From positions 55,490,001 through 55,554,000 of the forward strand of contig NC_067398.1 in NCBI RefSeq assembly GCF_016432865.1: DNA of 64,000 bases, read 5' to 3'. This stretch comes from Antechinus flavipes. Taxonomy: Eukaryota. This document shows, piece by piece, positions 23,590-34,914 of the stretch (the first letter of the stretch is position 1; each line of letters opens with the position of its first letter). The position numbers were made by a program, and so were the translations under genes. Below the pieces are notes generated by a model. The model did no database searches, was not told where the DNA came from, and saw nothing but the letters and a program-made list of their open reading frames with translations.

Positions 23590-25804
23590 CTTTCTATGTT
23601 CCACATCCCACTAAGGTGTTTGCAGAGGTCACCAATCCACCTCACTAGAAAACAATGCTCTGGTCTTATGTAGCTTATGTCAGGATGGGCAAAAGGAAGC
23701 AAAGTATTATCTAAATCTTGGTTGAATGAATGTTCCTAGAGATACACCCTAGCTGCATAATTCAGGCCATTATGTCCTTTATCTCAAAGGCCTCTGGTGT
23801 ACAGTTTGAGTTATCTATATGATAATAACTGTTGTTGTTCAGTCCTTCCAGCCATGTTGACTCCCTGTGACCCCTTTTGGGGTTTTCTTGGCAGAGATAC
23901 TAGAGTGTTTTATCATTTCCTTTTCCAACCCATTTTACAGATGAAGAAACTGAGGCAAACAGGGTTAAGTGACTTGTCCAGGGTCACACAGCTAAGAAGT
24001 ATAAAACAGTATCTGAAATCACAAAGATGAGTCTTCTTGACTTTAGGCCCAAAGCTTTATCATTGTATCATCGTATAGGACATCATATGTCCTATAATCA
24101 TAATAATAATTCCCATATATCACTTTTAGCTCTTATAAATCCATTCTTTACAACAAGATAGAGCATGAGGAGGTATTATGGTGCCTATTTTGGAATAAAC
24201 TGAGGCTCCGAGAGGTCAAATGACTAATCCAAGGTCTTAAAGCTAGTAAATGTTAGACATAGCATTTGAATCCAGATCTCCTGATTCTACTCTCTTGCTG
24301 CTCCAAGGGAAGACACAGATAGTCAGATAGGAGCACAGTGAGAAGATATCACAGGCTGCATGATGTGTGGTGAGACAGCACTGGTCTGGCTGGGGAGGCC
24401 CGGGGCCGAGAACCAGCTCAAACATTTACTGGCTGTATGACCTACAGTGAGAGTTCCAATTCACTTGGGATTCATTTTGCTCATCCATAAAGTGGATTCA
24501 TATTTCCCCAGGTTATTGTTAGGCAAGGGCTCTATAAACTGTAAACCATTTGGAAATATCAATTATCTCTGAAGAAAACCCAAACTGCCCATTTTCATAA
24601 TTTTTCTGAGAGCCAGGCCCATAGCCCTGTTCTCAGTGGTTATTCAATGAAGCAGAGATAAGGAAAATCACCACTTCTGGTGGTTGTTAGAGGTGAGGAA
24701 AGAACAGCAGAACTAGGACTCTGGAGGCCATTTGGGCCAACCTCTGATTGTCCTGGACTGAAAAAGAAGTCCAGACTGGCCTGGCCTCCCTCCAAGGGTC
24801 ACCTCATTAGTGAAGCCTTCCTTGATCTCTCTCTCTCTTCCCTTTCCTTCTCTCTCTCTTTCTATCTCTCTTCTCTCCTCTCCTCTCCACTTCTTTCCCA
24901 TTCTCTCTCTGTCTGTCTCTCTGTCTCTCTGTCTCTCTCTCTCTCTCTTTCCCTCTGCCTTCCTTCCTCTGTTCTTCCCTTCCTCTGTTGGTCTGTCTTT
25001 CTCTTTTCCTACCTCCTTTTATACATAGACACACACACATACCTACACCCACACACAAATATACACACACTCACCCTTTGTATTTACTAAGTTATGTAAC
25101 TATTGTTATTCAGCCCTAGTACCGTGTAACCAACTAATAAGCTTTTATTAAGCACCTATATTGTCCTAGGCACTTAATATACAAAGAATGAAACCATGTT
25201 TATTCCCAAATGTGTATACACACATATACAATATAAATACAAAATTAGTAAATGCACATATGTCTTATGTAATTAAATACAAAGTAGTTTGGAGGGGAGC
25301 AGTTGAAAGTAGAAGTGGGAAGAATCCTAAGGTGTTGCCTAAGGTGGCTATTAAAGAAGAACTCTCTTCCTGACCCGGAGTTTAGTATCACCTGAGTAAG
25401 AGATGAGAGGGCAAGAAGGCAAAAGAGACAGATAGAGAGAGATGGAGGAAAGGAGGGAGAAGGAAGGAGACACAGAGATAGACAAAGACAGATAGGAAGA
25501 CAGAGAGAAAGAGGCAGAGAGACAAAGAGACAGAGAAACAGAGAGACAGAGACAGAGAGTCAGGGAGAGAAGGGGAGAGAAAGGTAAATTGGGAAGAGTT
25601 CTGCAGGTGGACTCAAAGGAACATACTACTGCTCAGGGACCTTGGGTAAGGTATTTTCTTTCTGAGCCTCAGTTTCTTGCTCCATAAAATGAGAGTTAAA
25701 CCAGATGTCCTCTAAGGTTCCTTCTGACTTGTGCATGTTTTCTTGCAGGTGAGGCAGCTCTCAATGAATACCTGAAGATCAAGACAGTCACTTTTGAATA
25801 CTGA
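463..25804 (+). CDS. ALDH1L1: Cytosolic 10-formyltetrahydrofolate dehydrogenase, 3' part (8 coding exons, ALDH domain; gene starts upstream of window)
   Basis: Exons 463-550, 6561-6654, 12346-12445, 17022-17120, 20381-20546, 21388-21493, 22852-23051 and 25749-25804 total 909 nt and splice in frame (AG/GT ends, phases 1,2,0,0,1,2,1) to 302 aa ending ...[18 protein letters not shown]. Residues [25 protein letters not shown] and EAALNEY...TFEY match ALDH1L1 rather than ALDH1L2 (recalled sequences). Confidence 0.96.
2837..3010. repeat. (TG)n microsatellite followed by AG-rich low-complexity tract
   Basis: Directly visible; other (CA)n/(TG)n runs at ~17857-17900, 19013-19051, 23540-23586. Confidence 0.95.
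4230..4780 (+). mobile_element. CR1/L3 3' fragment split by a MIR (~4290-4500)
   Basis: accacatctggagtat ... acatttaggaagagcattgataag ... tttagcctcaagaagagaaggctta motifs. Confidence 0.6.
5640..5860 (-). mobile_element. Old marsupial hAT-type DNA transposon relic; related sequence on + strand at ~30230-30400
   Basis: tttatttattttgttcaatattttccgattgcattttaatctg resembles the reverse complement of cagactagattaaaataaaattgggaaatac...aaataataaaaatac at 30240-30290. Confidence 0.5.
6561..6654 (+). CDS. ALDH1L1: ALDH1L1 exon, [30 protein letters not shown] (NADP-binding GFTGS motif)
   Basis: Acceptor ttttggacag|GT; donor AG|gtaagc; 94 nt. Confidence 0.97.
7402..7631. mobile_element. Old hAT-Charlie-type MITE; related copy at 36664-36845
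   Basis: Shared internal motifs (gaataatgtatttaaatgcataaaat, aggaaaccaatt) and degenerate ggttcttaacc / gattaagaa termini. Confidence 0.55.
9750..10780 (-). mobile_element. L2 LINE fragment, interrupted by the hAT MITE and an orphan insert
   Basis: Purine-rich antisense L2 motifs (gagttccattttgaacat, atgggagctaatgagatc, ggagagagaagtttcagtgga). Confidence 0.7.
9872..10062. mobile_element. Non-autonomous hAT MITE, OC1/OposCharlie1-like (191 bp)
   Basis: 16-bp TIRs caggggtcctcaaact / agtttgaggactcttg (14/16); 8-bp TSD agctacat (9864-9871) / agctatat (10063-10070); subterminal ggcccgcgggccg. Confidence 0.85.
11190..11780 (-). mobile_element. CR1/L3 LINE RT fragment split by a MIR-type SINE (~11310-11560)
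   Basis: Minus-strand ORF 11539-11748 reads ...DLDEGI...[13 protein letters not shown], a degenerate CR1 RT motif (DLDEGI...FADDTKLGG). Confidence 0.75.
12346..12445 (+). CDS. ALDH1L1: ALDH1L1 exon with catalytic Glu (ELGGKSP; GAA at 12380-12382)
   Basis: Acceptor ttttttcttgcag|C; donor ATG|gtaatt; 100 nt; [33 protein letters not shown]. Confidence 0.97.
12575..12885 (+). mobile_element. CORE-SINE with RTE-like tail (Mar1-type), carrying a 76-bp foreign insertion at 12679-12754
   Basis: tRNA-like head (ggtggtgccatagtg, gagttcagat), CORE (gcctcagtttcttcatctgcaaaatg), tail gagctagagaaggaaatggcaaatcactgcagtatctttgccaagaaaacc. Similar copies near 3180-3400(+), 16600-16815(-), 23825-24065(-), 28900-29150(-), 43060-43300(+), 59815-60020(-). 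Confidence 0.8.
12953..13527 (-). mobile_element. Probable solo ERV LTR, antisense to ALDH1L1
   Basis: ~570-bp non-SINE/LINE block with minus-strand TATAAA (13314-13319) upstream of AATAAA (13078-13083); ends approximate. Confidence 0.55.
15325..15525 (-). mobile_element. L1 3'-end fragment (marsupial type)
   Basis: T-rich tail then catgttgggagagaaaaaccagagcaaaaagg..., typical of marsupial L1 3'UTR antisense. Confidence 0.6.
17022..17120 (+). CDS. ALDH1L1: ALDH1L1 exon with catalytic Cys (GENCIAAGR; TGC at 17058-17060)
   Basis: Acceptor tctgtccaaag|GGG; donor GTG|gtgagt; 99 nt; [33 protein letters not shown]. Confidence 0.97.
17940..18545 (+). mobile_element. L2 LINE 3' fragment
   Basis: Pyrimidine-rich body ending in L2-type tail (tacatattaggtacttaatatttgattaattgaatg). 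Confidence 0.6.
19454..19604 (+). mobile_element. Short young CORE-SINE (WSINE1-like)
   Basis: ggggcagcta head, B box gagttcaaat, ends aaccccaattgcctcagc plus A-rich tail. Confidence 0.75.
20381..20546 (+). CDS. ALDH1L1: ALDH1L1 exon, [55 protein letters not shown](G)
   Basis: Acceptor ccttgaacag|GTA; donor CAG|gtaagc; 166 nt. Not in the supplied ORF track; translated by hand. Confidence 0.96.
21388..21493 (+). CDS. ALDH1L1: ALDH1L1 exon, [34 protein letters not shown] (EESFGP motif)
   Basis: Acceptor ttctctctatag|GG; donor GG|gtatga; 106 nt. Not in the supplied ORF track. Confidence 0.96.
21990..22700. repeat. CT-rich (TTCC/TTTC) low-complexity tract containing N gaps
   Basis: Directly visible; similar CT/AG tracts at 24825-25010, 25410-25590, 27178-27270. 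Confidence 0.9.
22852..23051 (+). CDS. ALDH1L1: ALDH1L1 exon, [66 protein letters not shown]
   Basis: Acceptor catcttcccag|G; donor TAG|gtaata; 200 nt. Confidence 0.97.
25749..25804 (+). CDS. ALDH1L1: ALDH1L1 last coding exon, [17 protein letters not shown] (TGA 25802-25804)
   Basis: Acceptor ttttcttgcag|GT; C-terminus typical of ALDH1L1. Confidence 0.96.
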
Positions 25805-26499
25805 AAAAGAAACTCAAAGTGAGGCAGATCCAGCAGTGAGTGAATCCCCTGCCTTCCCCTTCTCTCCCATTCTTCCTAATGTGAGAGCCGGGTCAGAGTT
25901 CCCTTGGAGGAGAAGACAAAGAAGAAAGGCTTTCAGTCACCTACATAATGTGAAATCCTCCTTACCTCATTTCTCCCTATCCTGGGTCTTTCCTTTCTAC
26001 TGGAGAAACACAACCCACCTTCCACACAGAATCCTGCCCAAGTTCAGGGGACAAACTAATAACTTGTTGGAAATTGAAGGACTACCTGGCCCTTTCTCTT
26101 GATTGGGATGAAGGTTAAAAAGAAACTAGCCTCTTTCTACCCCAGGAGCATCCTGCCTTCAAAGAGACCAGCCAACTAACAATACTCATCACTAATGAAC
26201 ATTTGGATGTGAAGGGCAAAAACATATTGGGTGTATGCTTTCCACTGGTATTCACATGGAGGCTAATGGTCCCACAGAAGCAATCACAGAATTGGAGTGC
26301 TGAAATTGAAAGGATTAGAGCTGGAAGAACCCTATAAATATAAAATATGGGAGATAGAAGAACCCTTAAAACAGAAAATGGGAGATGGAAGAAACTCTAA
26401 AGTATGGACTGCCAGAGCTGGAAGTCTCTATGGCATAGTTTCCATATCCCTACTCCTGATTTTCTAGGTTTTCTCTAACCATATTCTGAGCAATGATTT

Positions 26500-26505
26500 A
26501 ATAAA
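26500..26505 (+). terminator. Candidate ALDH1L1 polyadenylation signal (3'UTR ~0.7 kb)
   Basis: First AATAAA I found downstream of the stop codon. Confidence 0.5.
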
Positions 26506-27479
26506 ACTATTTGCAGTGTATACTATGTCAGAACTGGAGGACCTTAAAACATAGAACATTAAATGGCCTCTATTTTAGAGACCTTAAAGATTACCTATTC
26601 CAACCTTCTTAATCTGTAGATGAGGAGATTGAGGCTTAAAAAAGGGAAGGGTCATGCAATGGGAGGTTATTCCAATTGAAACTTAAAGCCGCATCTTCTG
26701 CTCACATACTACCTCTTTTTCTGCTATGTCATTCGGCCTTCCTAGAAATCCTTGCAAAAATTAATTAACCAAGAAGTCATTTTTGAATATTTACTATGTG
26801 CCCAACATCATTTGAAGCACTAAAGGAAATACAGAAGAAGGAGAATATATGAACTCTGCCCTCAGGAAACTTATAATAAAGATGGAAAGACAAGATTAAT
26901 ACTTGAGAAACAACTAGAGGATAACCAAAATAGTAAGTTGTGTGGATCAAAACTTAAGTGCTCCATGTAATCAAGAGAAGAAAAGAGGAGGGTAGACTGA
27001 AGGAATCACTGAAAACTTTCTGGAAAGGCACATCTTGCCAATCCATTGTTCAACACAAGAAAATAACCACCTGAAATGAAAATGTAGTACTTTGCGGTCT
27101 TTTGTTGTCATCATCCATATCTATGTGACATTTCTAAATCCAGAGGCTAGGGACCCCATCTTTCCAGATTGGAAAATCTCTCTCTCTCTGTCTCTGAGTC
27201 TGTCTCTCTCTCTCTCTGTGTCTCTCTCTTTCTCTCTGTCTCTCTCTTTCTCTCTGTCTCTCTGTCATCTTCTCTCAGATTCTTTAGGCACGATCTCATT
27301 ACTCATCCTCTCAACCTTCTCTTAAGAAGCCTATTCACAAAAACGTTATCTATCCCCACAGAAAGAACTAATGGTAACTAATGATAAATACAGCTAAATA
27401 CAGATTGACACAACCTTTTGATTACTTTTTTTTTGTTTTCTTAAGATTGGGTAATTTGTTGTTGCTGTTGCTGTTGTTG

Positions 27480-27680
27480 GTCTATCTTTTCTTTCCCAAA
27501 ATATCTAATATGGAACTGTTTTGCATGACTACACATGTGTAACCTATATGGAATTACTTGCCTTTTCAATACGGGAAGGGGGAGGGAAAGGAAGGGAGAA
27601 AATTCAGAACACAAAGTTTTAAAAACAAATGTTAAAATTGTTTTGACATGTAATTTGAGGAATATAAAATACTAAATAAG
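27480..27680 (+). mobile_element. Old marsupial L1 3' end
   Basis: gttttgcatgactacacatgt...cttgccttttc...ggagggaaagg...aatgttaaaattgttt; related pieces at ~35500-35680 and 35770-36100. Confidence 0.6.
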
Positions 27681-27849
27681 TAATTTATTTTTTAAAAAGA
27701 CTCCATAAAAGAAGATTATTTATATCTTGAACATTGGTTTTATATATATATAATATATATAAAACATTCAAGATATCTCCTGGTTTTTTTGGATGCAAAC
27801 CTTCATGGTTCTTATATCTTTAAAAAATCTTTTTATAATAATGTCCATT

Positions 27850-28480
27850 GATCTCAGCCCCTCTCATATCTTAAACTAATCCTCTTCTATATACAAGAGC
27901 CATATTTCTAGCCAAGCTGAAGCTCCAGTAGATTGAGTAAGAGATAACTCTAGAAAGCAAAACCATCTAGAAAAAAGCAAAAATAGTAACTATGCTGTAC
28001 AAACAAGGTGTGAGAGCAAGAAGGAATTAGATGGGGGAAGGGTGCTAGTAGTGTTAAAAACCTACTCACATCAGAAATGGGTTAAAGAGGGAACAATACA
28101 TATCTATATACCAAGAAGAGTCCAAAAACTATATAGAAACAATAGGGGAGAGGAATAGGAGAAGTGAAGTATAGGAGAATGTGTAAATCAACAGGAGGGG
28201 GATATAGTGTATAGATTAATGGGAATGAAGATAAAGAGGAAAAGAAAAGGGGGCTGGGGAGATAAGGGAGGAATCCATTGTGGAGGGAGGGAAGGGGAAA
28301 AGTTAAGTAATAATGTAGATTAAGGAGTAAAACCAAAGTAGAAGAGTTAGGATAGGAAATAAAATATATACACAAACACAGTAACAATGATCAGGAATAG
28401 AATTTATTAGGAAAAAATAGGAGCAGTAATCATTGTTGCTAAAACAACAACTGAGTGACATCAATTAAACAAGACACTGA
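27850..28480 (+). mobile_element. Possible L1 ORF1-end / inter-ORF fragment
   Basis: Purine-rich, contains acctactcacatcagaaatgggttaaagaggga resembling the recalled marsupial L1 inter-ORF spacer. Confidence 0.45.
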
Positions 28481-31214
28481 AAGAATTTCTGGTAAGGAAT
28501 GGTCTCTAAGTTAACAACAACAGCAAACTACCAATCATGTGCATGTATACACCCAAAGTCAAGTGTTACACACAAACTTATGTGTTCATGTACACACAAA
28601 TAAGCCCACATTTATGGTTATACATTTAACAGGTAGAAACACAGGGAAAAACAAAGACTATTCAGCAAAAATGTTAACATTTCTTCCAACTTGTAGATTT
28701 AGCAATAAAATCATCAAAAATGAAAACAATTCTCAAATCAGGGGGGGAAATAATGGAACTAGGGCAAGAAAGGGAACTAGCTAATCAACATTATCAAAAA
28801 CAAAAACTGGGTCTTAGGAAAAGTGAAGAAAATCATTCTTTAGCCAAACCAACTTTGAAAGTTCACAATCTCAGAAAACGGCAAAGCTAAAAGGATGCTT
28901 CTTATTGTTTTCAATTGCTTTTCAGTCCCTTCTGACTCTTTGTGATCCAAAACTTTTGGGATTTTCTTGGCAAAGATACTGAAGTGGCTTACAATTTCCT
29001 TTCCAGCTCATTTTATAGATGAGAAAACTTAGACAGAGTAAAGTGACTTGTCCAGGGACACACAGCCTAAAAAGTGTCTGAGGCTAAATTTGAACTCAAG
29101 AAGAGTTCTCTTGACTCCAAGTCTAGAGCTCTATGCACTATGATGTCCCATAGCTGCTCAGAAGGACCTTTATTGATCCTTAATAAATTATTATTTTTAG
29201 AATCATAGGGTCTAGACAGAAAGCTAAAGAAGGCCTTAGAAGTCATCGAGTTAAAATCTCATTTTACATGAAAGAGAAATAAAGGCCTTCATTGAAAAGT
29301 CACTTTCCCAAGTAACACAAATAGTAAGCATCACAAGTATCCTTTGAACCCTAGTTCTCTGATTCAAATCTAGCACACTTTTCATTGTACCAAGTAGACT
29401 ATCCTCATTGTACAAATAGAGGAACCAAGGCCAAAAGAAAAGATGGAATTTTCCCAATGTCATACAATGAATTAATGGCAGAATCAGGACATTTCCAATA
29501 CATAAAAATAAAAATTATCAATAAAGGTAATGCCATAACAATAAATAAAATTTTTCAGTTTTCAAAAGCTCCATGGACATATGCATACACATATATGTAT
29601 ACATATATAGACATATTCAATGAAATGTGAAATACCAGAGGGTTTGTTTTGTTTTGTTTTGTTTTTGAATGTCAGAATCACAGAGCTGAAAGGACTATTA
29701 AAAATCCAGCCTGTCTCCTTATTCAAGCAGATGGTCATCCAGCCACTGCTAAAACACTTTTCTGGATCCATGCAACTGCTCCAGAGCTGACCAGTGACCC
29801 ATAAAGTAGCTAAATGCTTCTCTAGGATATGAAGAAGTTAAAATAAGCCCCCAAACAAAACCCCAGGACCAGAGAACCATAGGAGAAAATGAGATCAATC
29901 CCAATAGGGCCTGATCCTGTCCATATTTTACAAAATATTCCCACCTATTCTGAGAAGTATTCCCTAATATAGTTTATGAAATACTTCAAACTCTGATCTT
30001 GATGTCAGGAAACATTATAAGTCAGAAAGAAAATTATGTTCACTAGATTAGCCATACTTACATAATATAGTCATTAAAATATACTTTATTACATTTATTA
30101 TTACACTTAAAGGTATAGTGGCTAGGTCTGTGATATCATTGCTGTAGAGGAATTCCTCGGATAAAGTAATTAGCTCTGCCAGTTCCTTTCTGTGTAGAGC
30201 AGAGGCAGTCAGCTGCAACTACCTACTCCTGAGTAAGGCCCAGACTAGATTAAAATAAAATTGGGAAATACCTGATGAAATAATAAAAATACAACAACAA
30301 TTAATTTAGATTTATATTTATAAATTATTTAATTATAATAATAATTTAATAAAATAATAAAAAGTTAATAGAATATAAATAATGTTAATATGTGCCTTTC
30401 TGAGTAAGGCAGGCAGGATTCCTGATGTGAACCATTATTTTTATTTGAGTTGGACAACACTGGATGAGATAATGAAGTGCCTTATTTAAGATTACATAGT
30501 ATGTTTCAGAGGTAAGACTTGAACCCAGTTCTTCTTGACTTTGAAGCCACCTCCCTATCTACTACGTGATATTTATGTCATACAAATGTGTTCAAATTGA
30601 AGAACTCTACCTACGCTGTACATGGGCAAAGATTATTCAACATTTAAAAGAAGGTCAATATAATCACTCGCGTGTAGATAGCTCTTTAAATGAGATAAGA
30701 TACCAAAATTTATGGGATGCAGCCAAAGTGGTACTTAAAGGAAAATGTATATCTCTAATTGTTTACATTAATAAAAAATGAAATAGCAGATCAATGAATT
30801 GGTCATGTAACTAAAAAAAAAAAAAACTGGCAAAAAATTAAAAATCCCCAATTAAAAACCACATTGGAAATCCTGAAAATCAAAGGAGATTAATAAAATT
30901 GGATGTTTTTTTTAAAAAAAAGAAAGAAGAATGAAGTCTACAAAAATTTTTATGTGCATTGTTTTAGTAGTACCTCACCAAAGCCTTTGGAGGTAAATAA
31001 GGCAAGTACTCATAACCCCTCTTTAACAAATTATAAAACAAGCATCTAGAAAATCAAAGCGATTTGCTAAAATCATGTGATTAGCAAATGGCAGATCAAA
31101 GATTCCAAGTCAGGTTCTCTTATTCCAGACTTAATGTTTCAAATATAAGAACAATAAGAATTAATATTAGCAAGAAAGGCTGACACAATGGATCAAGTGC
31201 TAGTCTTGAAATCA

Positions 31215-34200
31215 GCAGTACATGGCATCTATACAAAAAATTGATCATACATTAGGACATTCAAGGACATTAAAAACCTTACAATCCAATGCAGAAAAAC
31301 AGAAATAGCAAATGCATCCTTTTCAGATCATAATGCAATGAAAACTATACTTAATAATGGGCAATGTAAAGAAAGGTTAAAATTAATTAGAAAATAAATA
31401 TCTAATCCTAAAAAAAGTGGGCCAAGGAAAAAAAATCAAAGAAATAAATAATAATTTCATTAAAGAAAATGATAACAATGAGACAAGATATCAAAATCTA
31501 TGGTATGCATCCAAAGTGGTACTTAGGGAAATTTTTTATATTACTGATTGCTTACTTCAAGAAAATAGAGAAAAAGCAGATCAGTGAAATTGAATTGCAT
31601 AACTAACTTAAAAAAAAAAAAGCCTAGAAAAAGACCAAATTTACAATCCCCAATTAAAAATTATATTGGAAATCTTTAAAAATCAAGGAAAAATTAATAA
31701 AATAGAAAATAAGAAAACCACTGAACTAATAAATAAAACTAGAAGAAAATACCAATAAAATAGACAAACCATTGGTTAATTTAATTTTTAAAAGAAAAGA
31801 AGAAAATTGAATATTCAGTACCAAAAATGAAAGAGGTAACTCACCACCAATGAAGAGGAAATTAAGACCATTGTTAGGAATTACTTATTATGTACCAATT
31901 ATTTACCAATAAACTTGAAATCTAAGTGGATGAATATTTACAAAAATATAAATTATCCAGATTAACATTAAAAAAAAACAAAATGTTAAATAACTCAATC
32001 TTAGAAAAAACAAATTAAACAAGCCATCAATAAACTTCCTAAGAAAAAATCCCCAGGACCAAATGGATTCACAAGCAAATTCTACCAATATTTAAAGAAC
32101 AATTAATCCCAAAACAATATAAACTATTCAGAAAAATAAGTGGAGTCCTGTCAAAATCTTTCCACAACACAAACATGATGTTAATACCCAAACCAGGAAG
32201 AACCAAAACAAAGGAAGAAAATTATAGATCAATTTCCTTAATGAATACTGTTGCAAAAGGTTTAAATAAAAAACTAGCAAAGAGATTACATCAATATATC
32301 ACCATAGTAATAAACTATGACCAGGTAAGATTTATACCAGGAATTGGTTCAATTTTAGGAAAACTATAAGCATTACTGACCATATCAATAACAATACCAA
32401 TAGAAATCCTATGATTATCTAAACAGATGCAGAAAAAGCCTTTGACAAAATACAGCACCCGTTTCTATTTTTAAAAAATTCTAGAAGGATTGGAATAAAT
32501 GGAGCTTACCATAAAATTATAAATAGTATTTATCTAAAACCATCAGCAAACATTTGTAATAATCTGAGGTAAAGCAAGAATCCCCATCATCATTTCTATT
32601 ATTTAATATTATACTAGAAATGTTAACTATAGGAATAAGAGAAGAAAAGGGAATTGAAGAAATTAAAATAAGCAGATAATATGATGGCATACTTAGAAAA
32701 TCCTAGAGATTCAACTAAAAACTAATTGAAATTATAAGCAACTTTGGCAAAGTTGCAAGGTACAAAATAAACCCAAATGTCATCAGCAAAATCCAGCAGC
32801 AAGAGATAGAAAAGGAAATTCTTTTTAAAATAACTATAGATAATAAAATTATGTGGAAGTCCAGCTACTGAGACAAACCCAGGAACTATATGAACACAAC
32901 CAAAAATCACTTTTTGCACAAATAAAGTCACATCTAAACAATTAAAAAATATTAATTGCTCATGGGTAAACTGAGCCAATATAATAAAAATGAATCTATT
33001 TATTCAGTGTCATACCAAGCACACTATCACAACATCATTTTATAGAGCTAGAGAAATAATAACAAAATGAATCTAGAAGAACAAAAGCTCAAGGATATCA
33101 AAGGAATCAATGAAAAAAATGCAAAAGAAGATAGTCTAGCTATATCAGATCTCAAACTCTATTACAAAGTGGTAACTACCAAAACAATCTGGTACTGGCT
33201 AAGAAATGGAATGGTGGATTAGTGGACTAGATTAGCTACAAATTACATCATAGTAATATAATAGTTATATATGATATAGTTTATATTATATGTAATATAT
33301 ATAGTATTCTATATGACAGCATATCATATAGCATATATAATATGTATTATATAATATATAGTATATATCATTGATATAGTATAATATCTACAATAATATA
33401 TGATAAATCCAAAGATCCAAGCCTTGAATAAAAACTCATTATTTGACAAAAACTTCTGAGAAAACTGGAAAACAAGATGGCAGAAACTAGGTATAGACCA
33501 ATATCTCATACCATATACCTAGAAAAAATTAAAATGGGTGCATGATTTATACATAAAAAGTTATACCATAAGCAAATTAAGAAAGCATGGAATAGTTTAT
33601 CTGTCAGATTTATGGATAAGGTAAGTATCTGGAACCAATGAAGATATAGAAAGCATTACAAAATGTAAAATAGATAATTCCGACTATATAAAACTAAAAA
33701 GTTTTTGCACAAACAAAACTAATGCAACTAAAATTACAAGGAAACCTGAAAACAGGGTCAGGGTAGAATTTGCAACAAATACAAAGGCCTCATTTATCAA
33801 ATATATAAAGAACTGAATCAAATTTATAATTTGATAAATTGATAAATGTTTGAAGGATATGAACAGGCAAATAAACAGGCATTTTTCAAATAAAGAAGTC
33901 AAAGCTATAGTCACATAAAAATGCTGTAAATCATTATTGATAAGAAAAATACAAATTAAAACTATTCTGAGGTATCACCTTCTATCTATTAGAGGATGAT
34001 ACGACTGAAAAATAAAATGTTGGATATTGGAGGGAATGTAGGAAAAATGGAACACTAATATACTCTTGGCAGAGTTGTGAACTGATTCAGTCATTTTGGA
34101 GAACAATTAGGAACTATGCCCAAAGGGTTATAAAACTGTGCATATGCTTTGATTCAACAATATTAGGTTTATATCCCAGATATCCAAAAAAAGGAAAAGA

Positions 34201-34520
34201 ACCTATTTATACAAAAATATTTATAGCTGATCTTTTTGTATGACTAAGACTTGGAAATCAAAAAGATGCCCATCAATTGGGGCATGACTAAACAAGCTGT
34301 GATATATGATTGTAATGGAATGTTATTATGCTAAAAGAAATGACAAACAAGATGATTTTAGAAAAACCTAGAAAGACTTACATGAACTGGTGAATAGGGA
34401 AGTGAACAGAACCAGGAGTATATAATATACAGTTGGGTCTATATACACATGTTATTTGATAAAAACCTATGAATTATTGACTCTTCTCAGCAATATAATG
34501 ATCCAAGAAAATCCTAAAGG
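31215..34520 (+). mobile_element. Degenerate L1 ORF2 (end of EN domain, RT, C-terminus, 3'UTR); additional L1 pieces at ~29890-30045 and 30680-30905
   Basis: Translations include [23 protein letters not shown]...YDQVRFIPG (32175-32369), [12 protein letters not shown]-like (32427-32460) and ADNMMAYLENP at the YADD position; many stops and frameshifts. Confidence 0.9.
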
Positions 34521-34914
34521 ACTAATGATCAAGCATATTATCTGCCTCTTAATTCTAATGCCTTCTCTTGTTCATTATGTCTTATTTATTCTGTCCATAC
34601 CTTGCTTTGTATATATTTGCTTGCATGTTGTCTTCCCCATCAGACTTTAAGCTCCTTGGCAGAGACTTCCTTTTGCCTCATTTTACATCTCTAGCACTTA
34701 ACACAGTGTCTAGCACATGGTAGACACTTAATAAATGTTTATTGATTAATCAGAAACGGGGAGAGGGGGTGTAGTGAAAGTGAAGAGCTAAAGATGATTC
34801 TGAGGTGGTTGCAAAACTGGAAGACTAGTAGGATATATTTAGAATCACAGAATCATATATAGAATCTAGAATCATAGAAACATCATGGGAAGTTTAGCTA
34901 GATATCTTTCTTAT

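Noticed and set aside
463-25804. Assignment to ALDH1L2 (which also neighbours an SLC41 gene)
   Set aside because: Diagnostic residues ([57 protein letters not shown]) match ALDH1L1, and the downstream exon resembles SLC41A3
31215-34520. Functional L1 or domesticated reverse transcriptase
   Set aside because: Numerous stops, frameshifts and deletions; the YADD-equivalent is degraded
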